From contig CAXXQS010000001.1 in assembly GCA_963674735.2 (NCBI GenBank), positions 2,240,001-2,304,000 on the forward strand: a stretch of DNA of 64,000 nucleotides. Reading direction: 5' to 3'. A program made the translations under genes and the position numbers. Below, one piece after another: positions 47,090 through 58,021 of this stretch. This DNA is from Myxococcota bacterium. GTDB taxonomy: Bacteria > Myxococcota_A > SURF-8. Below the pieces are notes generated by a model. That model worked only from the letters and a program-made list of their open reading frames with translations, was not told the DNA's origin and searched no databases. How positions within the stretch are numbered: position 1 is the first letter of the stretch; each line of letters opens with the position of its first letter.

Positions 47090-48682
47090 ATGTTGATCAG
47101 CTGCGATTTTCTCGTTATCGGTTCCGGCCTGGCCGGACTCAATTTCGCCCTTGAAGCCGCCGAGCACGGACACGTCGTCCTTATCACCAAGCGTGATATC
47201 AACGACAGCAACACCAACTACGCACAAGGCGGCATCGCCTCGGTTACCTCGGCCGAAGACTCGTTTGAGTCGCACGTGGAAGACACCCTGACGGCCGGTG
47301 CCGGTTTGTGCCATGAAGACATCGTCAAGCTGTGCGTGGAAAACGGCCCGCAAGCCATCCGGCGGCTGGTCGATCTGGGCGTGGAGTTCACGCGCCGCGA
47401 AGATTCCAGCGAATACGACCTGGGACGCGAGGGAGGCCACACCCAACGCCGCGTGCTGCACGCTCAAGACTTCACCGGACGCGCCGTTCAGCATACGCTG
47501 AGTGAAGCGGTTCGCCATCACGCCAATATCGAAGTCTTCGAGCATCACATCGCCATCGATCTGATCATGAAGCACAAGCTCACCGGCGACCGCCGCGACC
47601 GTGTCTGTCTGGGAGCCTACGCGCTCGACAAGATCGATGGCGGCGTCAAAACCTTTGCGGCCCCGGTGACGATGCTGGCATCGGGCGGTTCGGGCAAGGT
47701 CTACCTGTATACCTCCAATCCCGATGTGGCCACCGGCGACGGCATCGCCATGTCGCATCGCGCCGGTGCGCGGGTGGCCAACATGGAGTTTTATCAGTTC
47801 CATCCCACCTGCCTCTACCACCCGCAGGCCAAATCGTTTCTCATCTCCGAAGCCTTGCGCGGTGAAGGCGGCGTGCTCAAACGCGCCAACGGCCAGCCCT
47901 TTATGAACAAGTATCACGAGATGGGCTCCCTGGCTCCGCGCGATATCGTGGCGCGCGCCATCGACACCGAGTTGAAGTCCTTCGGCGAGGAATATGTCCT
48001 GCTCGACATGTCGGCTCGCGAACCCGATTTCATCCGCAATCGCTTCCCCAATATCCACGCCCGCTGCCTTCAATACGGCATCGATATCGCCACCGAACCG
48101 ATTCCGGTGGTTCCGGCAGCGCATTTCTCCTGCGGCGGGATCGTCACCGACGAATGGGGCCGGACCGATCTGGCGGGTCTGTACGCCTGTGGCGAAGTGG
48201 CCTGCACCGGCTTGCACGGAGCCAATCGCCTGGCCTCCAACAGCCTGCTCGAAGCGGCTTTCTTCTCGCAGCGCGCCGCCCAGGACGCCTGCGCCACCCT
48301 GCACGAGCGCGTCAAGGACAGCTTGCTCAAGTCGGTCCCGCAGTGGGACACCGGACGCGCCGTGTCGCCCGACGAACTGGTCATCGTCTCGCAAACCTGG
48401 GATGAGATTCGCCGCTTCATGTGGAATTTCGTCGGCATCGCCCGCACCGACAATCGCCTGGAGCGTGCGCTCCGCCGCATCAACTTGATTCGCGACGAAA
48501 TCGAGCCTTACTACTGGAAATACTCCCTCACCGCCGATTTCGTCGAGCTGCGCAACATCGCCACCGTCGCGCACCTGATCGTGCGGTCCGCCATCCTGCG
48601 GCGCGAATCCCGTGGCTTGCACTTCAACCTGGATTATCCCGGCGCCGATGATCGCCACTACCGGAAGGATACGGCTATATAA
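47090..48682 (+). CDS. nadB: L-aspartate oxidase
   Basis: IGSGLAGL, YAQGGIA, REGGHT..RVLH, QFHPT, LISEALRGEG, GLHGANRLASNSLLE, RESRGLH. Confidence 0.97.
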   Translation: MLISCDFLVIGSGLAGLNFALEAAEHGHVVLITKRDINDSNTNYAQGGIASVTSAEDSFESHVEDTLTAGAGLCHEDIVKLCVENGPQAIRRLVDLGVEFTRREDSSEYDLGREGGHTQRRVLHAQDFTGRAVQHTLSEAVRHHANIEVFEHHIAIDLIMKHKLTGDRRDRVCLGAYALDKIDGGVKTFAAPVTMLASGGSGKVYLYTSNPDVATGDGIAMSHRAGARVANMEFYQFHPTCLYHPQAKSFLISEALRGEGGVLKRANGQPFMNKYHEMGSLAPRDIVARAIDTELKSFGEEYVLLDMSAREPDFIRNRFPNIHARCLQYGIDIATEPIPVVPAAHFSCGGIVTDEWGRTDLAGLYACGEVACTGLHGANRLASNSLLEAAFFSQRAAQDACATLHERVKDSLLKSVPQWDTGRAVSPDELVIVSQTWDEIRRFMWNFVGIARTDNRLERALRRINLIRDEIEPYYWKYSLTADFVELRNIATVAHLIVRSAILRRESRGLHFNLDYPGADDRHYRKDTAI

Positions 48683-48703
48683 GCAGAACAATAAGGAGAT
48701 TCC

Positions 48704-50074
48704 ATGTCCCTTCGCCACCAGATCTCGTCAAGCTGGAACGTTCAGGTTTTCTTGGTCGGATTCGTCTTGGTTGCTTCCGCGATTCTTGCTTCTAGTTGCC
48801 AAAGCGATAACGAAACGAATTCCGCCGATGGCGATTCAGAGACGCAAAGCGATGGCGACACGGACGACCCCGCTCCCGACGGCGACGATCCCGATGGCGA
48901 TGCAATGTCCGAACCCTGGCGCAGTGCGATGCTCGACGCGATCGAGGATGGCATCGCATCCGACTGCGAGAACGGCATCTGCCTGGGCGATCTCGTCCAA
49001 CTGATTCCGTCCGAAAACCTGCCGTCGGAAATTACCCCGCAAAACGGCAACGACAACCTGGATGTGGCCGTCTTCGAGGGCCGGGTGTTCGTGGCGTTCC
49101 GCAGTGCGCCCGATCACTTCGCCAGCCCCGACGCGGATATCTGGGTCATGAGTTCCGACGATCTGCTCACTTGGCGTTACGAAGGCCGATTCTCCACGGA
49201 TTTCGATGTACGCGAGCCGCGTCTGCTCAGTTGGAACGGAAAGCTTTTCCTTTACTTCGCCGTCCTGGGCGAATTTATGATCGAATTCACCCCGAAAGGC
49301 ATGATGGCCGCCGAATACCACGGTCCCGACGACTGGAGCGAAGCGGATTGGTTTTACGGCGAGGGCTTCATTCCCTGGCGGGTAAAAGTCATCGACGACA
49401 TTCCCTACATGATCACGTATGTGGGGGGTGAAAACATCTACGATCCGGATGGCGAAGAAATCGAAGTCCACTGGCTCACAACCACCGATGGTTTCAACTG
49501 GACTCCGGTCGTCCCGGATCAACCGGTGGTCATTGTCGGCGGCGCTTCGGAAACGGATTTCGTCTTTCTCGACGACGGCACGCTGTTGGCCGTCAGCCGC
49601 AACGAATCGGGAGACGAATACACCGGTTTCGGCATGAAGATCTGCCGCGCCGAAGCCGACACTCTCGGCGACTGGACCTGCGTGGGCGACCCGAAAAAGT
49701 ACGACTCACCCCTGATGTTCAAACACCGCAACACCGCCTATCTCATCGGACGCCGAAATGTCACGGAAACCGGCAACTTCGATCTCGGCTACAGCGACCG
49801 CACGCTGGAAGATCAGTGGATGGCCTATTCGATCGACTACTGGAAACAACCCAAGCGTTGCGCCCTGTGGCGCGTCAACCCGGATCTGACCGTCGATTTC
49901 CTGCGCGATTTGCCATCGAAGGGTGACACCTGCTTCCCCGGTCTTCTAACGGCAGCCGATGGCAGCTACCGCGTGTTCAATTACACCTCTCCCCTCGACG
50001 GCGAAGACGTCGCCTGGCAAACCGGTCAATTCGGTCACACCCTCATCTATCACATTCTGATGCATCTCGACTGA
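48704..50074 (+). CDS. Lipoprotein with Asp-box (BNR/sialidase-like) beta-propeller
   Basis: Lipobox ASSC, DGD tether, SSDDLLTW and TTTDGFNW Asp-boxes, DVREPRL, GDTCFPG. Confidence 0.72.
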   Translation: MSLRHQISSSWNVQVFLVGFVLVASAILASSCQSDNETNSADGDSETQSDGDTDDPAPDGDDPDGDAMSEPWRSAMLDAIEDGIASDCENGICLGDLVQLIPSENLPSEITPQNGNDNLDVAVFEGRVFVAFRSAPDHFASPDADIWVMSSDDLLTWRYEGRFSTDFDVREPRLLSWNGKLFLYFAVLGEFMIEFTPKGMMAAEYHGPDDWSEADWFYGEGFIPWRVKVIDDIPYMITYVGGENIYDPDGEEIEVHWLTTTDGFNWTPVVPDQPVVIVGGASETDFVFLDDGTLLAVSRNESGDEYTGFGMKICRAEADTLGDWTCVGDPKKYDSPLMFKHRNTAYLIGRRNVTETGNFDLGYSDRTLEDQWMAYSIDYWKQPKRCALWRVNPDLTVDFLRDLPSKGDTCFPGLLTAADGSYRVFNYTSPLDGEDVAWQTGQFGHTLIYHILMHLD

Positions 50075-50218
50075 AACGGACCATTACAATAATTTAACAA
50101 TTATTCCCTTTCATATTTCAGGCAAACGGGTATAATGGCAATGCGGCTGTCACACCCAAAATGAAATCAGCTTTATTTGTACGTCTAGCATTGGATATTG
50201 CTTGTAAGTGGTCAAACA

Positions 50219-52279
50219 ATGCGGATGAATCACAATCAAATGATCAGACTGTTCAGTCTTCGACCCCGCATTCGAGGGTTTGTGTTTGACCTGTTGGTTT
50301 TGGTCGTCCTCAATCTGATCCTCACACAGCCATCACAGGCCGCCGCTCCGATTCTCAAAGTACGCGGCGACAATCAGTATCCCCCCTATGAATTTGAAGA
50401 AGACGGCCAGCCGACCGGCTACAATCTCGATGTTTTTCGGGCCATCGCCGTCTCGATGGGTTTGAAGGCCGATATTCAGGTGGGGCCATGGAATCAGCTC
50501 CGCGACGATATCGAAAATGGGCGGATCGATGTATTGGCCATGTATCGTTCAATCGAGCGTGATAAACAGGTCGATTTTTCCAGCCCTCATATTCAGGTCT
50601 TTCATTCCTTGTTTGTCAGAAATGGTAGTAAAATTAAATCGATCGACGATTTAATCGATCAATCGGTAATCGTGCAACGAGGCGATATCATGCACGACTA
50701 CCTCCTGCAGCACCGGGTTGCAGGAGAAATCATCCCGGTCGAAAACCCGGTCGATGGGTTGCGCCTGCTCGCCTCCGGCCGCCACGACGCGGCGCTGTTC
50801 GCCAAACTCCAGGCTCTTTACACGATCCGGACTTACGATTTATCGAACCTCCGGTCCGTCGGTCCGGCCATGCTGCCGCGCGATTACTGTTTCGCCGTTC
50901 CGGAAGGACGCCAGGACCTGCTCGACAAACTGAACGAAGGGCTGCGTATCATCGCCGCCACCGGGGAATTGGACCGAATTCGCCATAAGTGGTTCGGCAA
51001 TTACGATAACCATCTCACCGGAGAAGAGGCTGTCCGTTACACGCTTTGGATCGGCATTCCTTTCCTGGCGCTTCTAGGCGCGATCCTGTTCTGGTCCTGG
51101 TCCCTGCGCCGTCAGGTTGCCGAGCGAACACGCGATTTACGCATCGAACTGTGGGAACGCCAGCATGCCGAAGAAGCTCTGCGGCTTAGCGAAAACTGGT
51201 TGGCCACGACGCTCAACAGCGTGGAAGAAGCCGTGATTGCAACCGATGAAAACGGAAACATTACGTTTCTGAACCGCTCGGCCCTGCAACTCACCGGTTG
51301 GGGACTGGACGAGGCAAACGGTCAGAAGCTGGAAAACGTCCTGCATATTCTGCCATCCGACGGAACCGCCCCGCTCAGTTCAATCGCCGAACGAATCATG
51401 GCCGGCGAGGTGAAAGATCTTTTCCCGCCTTTCGCCACTCTTCAAGATCGCACGGGAAATCCGCACCCCATCTCGCTCTCGGCGGCTCCGATTGTGGATG
51501 ATCGCGACCAAACGCTGGGAGCGGTGCTCGCCTGTCGCGATATCAGCGACACCTTGCGCATGGAAGCCCTGCTGCGCCATCAACAGAAACAGGAGGCGTT
51601 GGGCACGATGGCCAGTGGGGTCGCCCACGAAATCAACAACCCCATCAACGTGATCATGAATTACGGTGAATTGATCCGGCAACTGACAAACGAAGGATCC
51701 GAGATCGATGCAAATGCAGTTGAGATCATTACCGAAAGCAAACGCATCGCCACGATTGTCAGCAATCTCCTGGTGTTTGCCCGGCAAGAAGGCGTGGAAC
51801 GCGATGCCCATCCGCTCGACCAAACCATCATTTCCACCACTTCGCTGTTACACCAAATGCTGGAAAAAGATCGTATTTCCCTCGACATCGAGCTTCCCGA
51901 TACGCTTCCCCAAACCGTAATGCAACCCCAACAGATTCAGCAGGTGCTGGTCAACTTGCTGTTGAATGCGCGCGATGCGCTCAATGCGCAATACACACAG
52001 GATCACCCCGATAAACGGATCCTCATCCAAGCCAGACAAACCACCACAAACGGACAACCCGTCGTCATCGTCAGCGTGACCGATTTCGGATGCGGCATTC
52101 CGGCCGATATCCGTTCCCGTATCTTCGATCCTTTCTTCACCACTAAAGGCCGCAACAGCAACCCCGGCCTCGGATTATCGATCAGTCACGGCATCATCAA
52201 AGACCACCAAGGCCGTTTGCTGCTGAGCAGTGAACCGGGCCACACGGTTTTTCTGATCGAGCTACCGGCCGCCGTCTAA
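50219..52279 (+). CDS. Sensor histidine kinase with periplasmic amino-acid-binding (SBP_bac_3) domain and PAS
   Basis: GDNQYPPYEF, DFSSPH, KLNEGL....GELDRI..KW; TM helix; PAS; AHEINNP, NLLLNARDA, FDPFFTTK. Start codon uncertain. Confidence 0.9.
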   Translation: MRMNHNQMIRLFSLRPRIRGFVFDLLVLVVLNLILTQPSQAAAPILKVRGDNQYPPYEFEEDGQPTGYNLDVFRAIAVSMGLKADIQVGPWNQLRDDIENGRIDVLAMYRSIERDKQVDFSSPHIQVFHSLFVRNGSKIKSIDDLIDQSVIVQRGDIMHDYLLQHRVAGEIIPVENPVDGLRLLASGRHDAALFAKLQALYTIRTYDLSNLRSVGPAMLPRDYCFAVPEGRQDLLDKLNEGLRIIAATGELDRIRHKWFGNYDNHLTGEEAVRYTLWIGIPFLALLGAILFWSWSLRRQVAERTRDLRIELWERQHAEEALRLSENWLATTLNSVEEAVIATDENGNITFLNRSALQLTGWGLDEANGQKLENVLHILPSDGTAPLSSIAERIMAGEVKDLFPPFATLQDRTGNPHPISLSAAPIVDDRDQTLGAVLACRDISDTLRMEALLRHQQKQEALGTMASGVAHEINNPINVIMNYGELIRQLTNEGSEIDANAVEIITESKRIATIVSNLLVFARQEGVERDAHPLDQTIISTTSLLHQMLEKDRISLDIELPDTLPQTVMQPQQIQQVLVNLLLNARDALNAQYTQDHPDKRILIQARQTTTNGQPVVIVSVTDFGCGIPADIRSRIFDPFFTTKGRNSNPGLGLSISHGIIKDHQGRLLLSSEPGHTVFLIELPAAV

Positions 52280-52767
52280 CGCCAGTCCGTGCTGTCGCGG
52301 TCAGCGTGTCGGCAGTACTTCCGAATGAATCGGATAGGGGTTGAGAATCACGACGGCTTTCAACCCGGCGACGTCCGCCTCTGATGGCGCTCTCATTCAA
52401 GCATCGATGGCGGGTTAAGTATTTGGTATTCAAGCTGATTCGGGAGGACTTCGCCCCTTGTCGCACACTTCCACAAGTCCAAATGGAATGGATGTACAAG
52501 CATTTAGATCTCATTTAGAGATGACGACGATAACCGGACCGAAAAGGAGAAACGCAAACCGGAAGCCCGGTTTCGTCCGAAAAAATGAACACGATCGCGA
52601 GCGGGTGAGAAGAAAAAACGAAGACGAAAGCGAAACCCTTTTGCGCCCCAACCTTGGCTCGCTCTTGTTTAATCTAATTTTATATTAATTATTTGCATTT
52701 ATATCTTAATTTAATATAATATTACTGCGATTTGATTAAGTTTGAATGGGCAGAAAGGACGTATTCC

Positions 52768-54276
52768 ATGTCGGGCATATTCGAACAACTCGTTGCGAAA
52801 CTGCGGGAGATTTCCGACTTGCAGAACATCGAAGGCCTGCTGGGCTGGGACCAACAGACCTACATGCCGCCTAAAGGCAACGATGCCCGTTCACGGCACA
52901 TCGCCCTGCTCTCAGCGCTCGCGCATCAGAAAACCTGCGACCCCCAATTGGGTCAGTTCATGGACGACCTGGCCGCCGATGCCTCCTTGAACGAGGAACA
53001 GCAGGCCCTTTTACGCGAAGCCAAACACGACCGCGACAAAGCCGTCAAGGTACCGACGGACCTCGTCCACGAAATCGCCGAAACGGCCGGACAATCCCAC
53101 GCCGTGTGGGTCGAGGCGCGTGGCAAAAACGATTTCAACCTCTTCGCCCCATACTTGAAGAAGTTGATCGACCTCAAAAAACGGGAAGCCGAGGCCATCG
53201 GTTATCCCAGCGACGGCCAGCCCTACGACGTCTTGCTCGACAACTTCGAACCCGGCGCCACCGTCGACAAATTGAACCCGGTCATCACCGAAACCCGTGA
53301 AATCTGCCGTAAAGCGGTGCAGGCGATCACGGCGGCTCCCAAACAGCCCCATCTCGACATTCTGAAGCGCTTTTTCGGCGAGGACGGCCAGGAAAAATTC
53401 GGCACGATGATCCTGCCGCAGCTGGGCTACGATCTGCAAGCCGGACGCCTCGACCGCTCGGTGCATCCGTTCACCTCGGGGTTCGATGTCAACGACGTGC
53501 GCATCACCACTCGTTATCAGGAAAACTGGCTGCCCGCTTCCGTCTTCGGCATCATCCACGAAACCGGGCATGCCCTCTACGAGCAGGGTTTACCGGTCGA
53601 GCATGTCGGAACGCCGCTGGCGCAGGCCTTGTCCCTGGGTTTTCACGAATCGCAATCGCGTTTCTGGGAAAACCAGATCGGCCGCAGCCTGCCCTTCTGG
53701 GAAAAATTCTATCCGGCGCTCAAGCAGATCTTCCCCACGGCGCTCAGCAACACGTCGCTTGAGGAATTCTATTTCGCCATCAATACCGTCGTGCCTTCGC
53801 TGGTGCGTGTCGAAGCCGACGAAGTCACCTACAACCTGCACATCGTCGTCCGCTACGAAGTGGAACAAGCCATGTTCAACGGGCAGGTGCCGGTGGACGA
53901 TCTGCCGGATCTGTGGAACCAGAAGATGGAAGATTACCTCGGTTTGCGTCCTGCCAGCAACGCCGAAGGCATCCTGCAGGACATCCACTGGTCCTTCGGC
54001 GGGTTCGGCTATTTCCCCACCTATCTCCTGGGAAATCTGTACGCCGCCCAGTGGACTGCCGCCCTGCGCAAAGACATGCCGGACCTGGACGCCAAGATCC
54101 GCGCCGCTGATTTCATTCCGATTCGCGACTGGATGCGGGAAAAAATTCACCGCCATGGCCGCCGCTACACGGCCGACGAGCTGTGCACGCGAATTACCGG
54201 CGAAACCCTGAACCCGGACCACTTCGGGCAGTACCTGAAAGACCGTTTCGCTCCGCTTTACAACATCACCTGGTAA
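52768..54276 (+). CDS. Carboxypeptidase M32 (Taq family)
   Basis: LGWDQQTYMP, HPF, DVRITTR, HETGHALYEQ, HESQSR, RVEADEVTY, QDIHW, GYFPTY; RBS AAAGGA. Confidence 0.96.
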   Translation: MSGIFEQLVAKLREISDLQNIEGLLGWDQQTYMPPKGNDARSRHIALLSALAHQKTCDPQLGQFMDDLAADASLNEEQQALLREAKHDRDKAVKVPTDLVHEIAETAGQSHAVWVEARGKNDFNLFAPYLKKLIDLKKREAEAIGYPSDGQPYDVLLDNFEPGATVDKLNPVITETREICRKAVQAITAAPKQPHLDILKRFFGEDGQEKFGTMILPQLGYDLQAGRLDRSVHPFTSGFDVNDVRITTRYQENWLPASVFGIIHETGHALYEQGLPVEHVGTPLAQALSLGFHESQSRFWENQIGRSLPFWEKFYPALKQIFPTALSNTSLEEFYFAINTVVPSLVRVEADEVTYNLHIVVRYEVEQAMFNGQVPVDDLPDLWNQKMEDYLGLRPASNAEGILQDIHWSFGGFGYFPTYLLGNLYAAQWTAALRKDMPDLDAKIRAADFIPIRDWMREKIHRHGRRYTADELCTRITGETLNPDHFGQYLKDRFAPLYNITW

Positions 54277-54587
54277 CGCATCGGACAAGCGAATCGCATT
54301 CGGATCGCCCTCCCTTGGCTCGCCCATCTCGAAAAACCGCCCCCGTGCGTCCCGAAATCGGGAATGTCGCGCCTCTCTGTGAAGTCTAACAAGATGTGAC
54401 CGCCACGGATGCACCATTCGGACATCCACCCAGAGGACACCGCCGACCCTTCTCGGCTCTTTGAAGATTCCGAAATTTGCCTTTCATGCCGAACGGAACT
54501 CACGTCTTGGCGCGAATGAAAGTGAATGAATCCGCCGAGCCATGCGTCTAATAAATCGGTCCTCTGAAACCATTAGGAGACTTCACC

Positions 54588-56024
54588 ATGCCGCTCGAAT
54601 TCCCCAAGCAGGCTCGTTGGTTGAACGTCGGTCGCCCCATCACCATCGACGAACTCAAGGGCCGTATCGTGATTCTGGACTTCTGGACCTACTGTTGTAT
54701 CAACAGCTTACACAATCTCCCGCACCTCGCGGAAATCGACAGCCGTTACGCCGACCAGCCGGTGACCGTCATCGGCGTTCATTCCAGCAAATTCGAACAG
54801 GAACGCGACGATAGCAAGGTGATGCAGGCCTTGGCGAAATACGACGTGCGTCATCCGGTGGTGATGGACGACGATTATGCCATCTGGAAGAAGTGGAACG
54901 TGCGCGCCTGGCCGACACTTGTCATTCTGAAACCCAACGGCAGCATGGCCCAAACCATCACCGGCGAAACCGAACCCGGCCAGTTGGAAACGATCATCGA
55001 AGGATTGCTGGCCGAGGGAAAACGGGACAACACCCTCATCGCCAAACCCGGACGAAAAATCAAACCCATGGCATCGCGACAGCTTCTCCTGCGTTTTCCG
55101 GGGAAAGTGCACGCCGAGCGCGAGCGCCTGTTCATTGCCGATTCCGGCCACCACCGGCTGCTCGTCACGGACCTGGCGGGCGTCATCCGGCAGGTGATCG
55201 GCGGACCGGAAGCCGGGTTCGTCGAGGGCGATTTCAGCAGCGCGCGTTTCAACGACCCGCAGGGAATGGTTTTGAAAAACAGTACCTTGTATGTCGCCGA
55301 CCGCGCCAATCACGCCATTCGAGCACTCGATCTCGACCGGCAGACCGTCACCACCTTGGCCGGTACCGGCCAGAAAGGGCGCGGCTATTCCCGGGGCGGA
55401 CCGGCCCTCACCACCCCGTTGCGCTCTCCGTGGGATCTGGTGCTGCGCGGAAACGGTTTGGACATCGCCATGGCCGGTAGCCACCAGATCTGGCGCTATC
55501 GCTTCGAATCGCGGGAGTTGAGCGTGCTGGCGGGCGACGGCGTCGAGCGATTGGGCGACGGCAAGCTCCTGCAAGCCTCGTTCGCCCAGCCGTCCGGCCT
55601 GTGGCTCGACGGCCCCACCCTTTACGTCGCGGATAGCGAAACCAGTTCCATCCGGGCCTTGCACACCAAAGCCGAACGCGTCACCACCCTGGTGGGCACC
55701 GGACTGTACGATTTCGGGCGTGCCGACGGTCGCGGACGCCTGGCCCAATTGCAGCATCCGCTCGGCGTAACGGGTCGCGATGATCGGCTTTACGTGGCGG
55801 ACAGCTTCAACAACCTGATTCGCACCATCGATCTGGAGGGAGACGGCGACGTTTCGGTCGACACCCTGGAATTGAAGGGAGTAACGGAACTCAACGAGCC
55901 TTCCGGACTGTCCGTGTTCGAAAACACGTTGTACATGGCCGACACCAACCATCACCGGATTCTGACGGTCGATCTGCTCACCCACGAAACGCGGGAACTG
56001 TCCTTGTCTTTCCCGGAAGATTGA
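54588..56024 (+). CDS. Thioredoxin-like plus NHL-repeat protein (NHLRC2-like)
   Basis: LDFWTYCCINS, IGVHSSKF, WPTL, LRFPGKV, IADSGHHR, SPWD, AMAGSHQIW, ADSETSSIR, LQHPLG. Confidence 0.92.
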   Translation: MPLEFPKQARWLNVGRPITIDELKGRIVILDFWTYCCINSLHNLPHLAEIDSRYADQPVTVIGVHSSKFEQERDDSKVMQALAKYDVRHPVVMDDDYAIWKKWNVRAWPTLVILKPNGSMAQTITGETEPGQLETIIEGLLAEGKRDNTLIAKPGRKIKPMASRQLLLRFPGKVHAERERLFIADSGHHRLLVTDLAGVIRQVIGGPEAGFVEGDFSSARFNDPQGMVLKNSTLYVADRANHAIRALDLDRQTVTTLAGTGQKGRGYSRGGPALTTPLRSPWDLVLRGNGLDIAMAGSHQIWRYRFESRELSVLAGDGVERLGDGKLLQASFAQPSGLWLDGPTLYVADSETSSIRALHTKAERVTTLVGTGLYDFGRADGRGRLAQLQHPLGVTGRDDRLYVADSFNNLIRTIDLEGDGDVSVDTLELKGVTELNEPSGLSVFENTLYMADTNHHRILTVDLLTHETRELSLSFPED

Positions 56025-56048
56025 GAAGGGAAAAAGGTCAGGCGGGGT

Positions 56049-56534
56049 TTAATCCGGTTGCGCGGTTTCGGCCAACGATTCGTCGAACGGAGGCGAAATA
56101 ATCGCCTTCGGTCGCACGAACCAACCATACAGTTTGCAACCCAAGCAGAAATTCACCCCGGCTTCAAGCGCCGCAAAAGCCATGAGATTTCCTAAAACGA
56201 CTTGCCACATCCACCCATTTCCAAACAGCAGCAGCACCATGACAATCGAACTCATCGAAAAACCGAGAATTCCGGCAAAACGTTTCGGGGCGGCATTGAT
56301 CCGGATATCTTTCACGGCAAAGAGGGATAGCAGCGCGTCGCTCAAACGCATTGACAGGCTGTAGCGCGGCTTGTTCAGCACATCACGCAGCAGAAAATCC
56401 GAAATGAGGATGACGCCGAACCATGGCTCGGCCGTGGCCAACCAGGTAGACGCCAGCGCCACCACCCACAAGGCGTTGAGACGCGCTCGATATTCCCCGG
56501 TAAAATCAGACGAGATCGGGCAATGCGCCGGCAT
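56049..56534 (-). CDS. DUF4395 family membrane protein
   Basis: ARLNA, DFLLR, AAPKRFA..LG, AALEAGVNFCLGCKLY; RBS GGAGG. Confidence 0.85.
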   Translation of the reverse strand: MPAHCPISSDFTGEYRARLNALWVVALASTWLATAEPWFGVILISDFLLRDVLNKPRYSLSMRLSDALLSLFAVKDIRINAAPKRFAGILGFSMSSIVMVLLLFGNGWMWQVVLGNLMAFAALEAGVNFCLGCKLYGWFVRPKAIISPPFDESLAETAQPD

Positions 56535-56605
56535 ATTCGCCTCCTGCGACAGTCTGTCGAATGTACAGACTATTTCCTACACTGATCCGGTCGATTCAAC
56601 GAACC

Positions 56606-56629
56606 GACATTCTAATTAGAAACAATGTC
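56606..56629. promoter_or_regulatory. Palindromic operator candidate
   Basis: Perfect 12-bp palindrome TTCTAATTAGAA (56610-56621) nested in GACATT...AATGTC, in the divergent DUF4395/mscS intergenic region. Confidence 0.4.
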
Positions 56630-56965
56630 AGCCCGATTTATTTCATCGATTTCAAGTAGGAAAGGCAAGACCGCCCGGAATGGAGGTCGGGCTGGAGCGC
56701 GTCTCCGACGGGTTTCTCGCCAAGCGCAAAGAAATCATGCCCCCGATCGAATGGCTGTTTCCGTATCGTGGCCACTCGCACTTAGCGCCATCACCCAACA
56801 AGATATCTGAAACCTTCCATAATAAAACAAGGTATTATAGGATTCAGGTAGCATCAATCAATCGGAACCCCGCCGCTGATCGGAACAGCCCCCCGGGGTC
56901 GGACTTCGCATGTCACTTGGATCGGATGGCTTTTCAATTCGATATCCATCCGAAAGGAGAGAATC

Positions 56966-57853
56966 ATGTCATGGGATAATGTGGCCGTATGGATGGAAAA
57001 AGAAATGACCAAACCGCTTTTCACGGTTGCCGGAACGGAAGTATCCGTCTTTTCCGTCTTCATTTTTCTTCTGATACTGGCGATCTCGTTAATCGTGTCG
57101 CTGATTATTCAGCGTACCTTGAAACGCACGTTTTCGAAACGATTCGAGAAGAAGCTCGGAACGATCGCCGCGATGCAAAGGCTCACCCATTACGTCGTCA
57201 TGTTGATCGGGTTGGGCATGGGAATGCAATTTGTCGGAGTCAACATGAACGCCCTCTTTGCGGCGGGTGCGGTTTTCGCCATTGCCGCTGGCTTTGCCAT
57301 GCAGAATATCGTTCAAAATTTCGTATCGGGCATCATTTTGCTTATTGAACAAACGATCAAACCGGGAGACATTCTTGAAGTCGATGGGACCGTTGTGAAA
57401 GTCATTGAAATGGGAATCCGGACGACCGTCGGCCGAACCCTTCTGGAAGAAGATATCATCATTCCGAATTCCAATCTCTCGCAGGCCAATGTAAAGAATT
57501 TAACCTTCAAAGATGATGTTTTCTGGATAGGCGCCAAAGTCGGGGTGATATACAGTTCGGATATAAATCGGGTCATTGAGGTTTTAACGGATACCGCCGA
57601 GCAATTAGAATGGCGTGTCAAAGACAAGACCCCTTCGATCCTTTTAACGGAATTCGGCAGCTCGTCTGTGGATTTTGCCATTTGGGTTGCGCTTCCAAGC
57701 CCCTGGAGAAAGCGTTTTTATGTTTCCGAGCTGAACAAGGCCATCTGGTTTGCCTTTAAAGAGGCCGGAATTACGATCGCGTTCCCTCAGGTGGATGTCC
57801 ATTTCGACCCACCGATAAACCAGGCCGTGGGGAGTTTGCGCAGCATCGGTTAA
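56966..57853 (+). CDS. mscS: Small-conductance mechanosensitive channel family protein
   Basis: GFAMQNIVQNFVSGIILL, IKPGD, IGIRTT-like MGIRTT, IIIPNS, FGSSSVDF, GITIAFPQVDVH; RBS AAAGGAG. Confidence 0.93.
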   Translation: MSWDNVAVWMEKEMTKPLFTVAGTEVSVFSVFIFLLILAISLIVSLIIQRTLKRTFSKRFEKKLGTIAAMQRLTHYVVMLIGLGMGMQFVGVNMNALFAAGAVFAIAAGFAMQNIVQNFVSGIILLIEQTIKPGDILEVDGTVVKVIEMGIRTTVGRTLLEEDIIIPNSNLSQANVKNLTFKDDVFWIGAKVGVIYSSDINRVIEVLTDTAEQLEWRVKDKTPSILLTEFGSSSVDFAIWVALPSPWRKRFYVSELNKAIWFAFKEAGITIAFPQVDVHFDPPINQAVGSLRSIG

Positions 57854-57963
57854 GGGCGGGCGCATCAACCGTGGACTGCATCGCTCAAGTGATTTCTCGC
57901 AGCGAAATTGGTCCGGGCGGGCGGGTGGCCGTGACAAGCCCTGAGCTTTGAAAACACGATTGG

Positions 57964-57994
57964 GTGGCATGGGCTAAGCGATAGCTTGCCCATG
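57964..57994 (+). repeat. REP-like palindrome upstream of the RAYT fragment
   Basis: GTGG-CATGGGC-TAAGC-GATA-GCTT-GCCCATG; a degenerate GGGTGGCCGTGACAAGC copy lies at about 57923. Confidence 0.7.
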
Positions 57995-58021
57995 TGGAGA
58001 ACTCCTGATAAAGTGCATCTC

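Noticed and set aside
52280-52767. ncRNA or replication origin in a long intergenic region with an AT tract
   Set aside because: No DnaA-box cluster or recognisable RNA motif; the AT tract is adequately explained as the carboxypeptidase promoter region.
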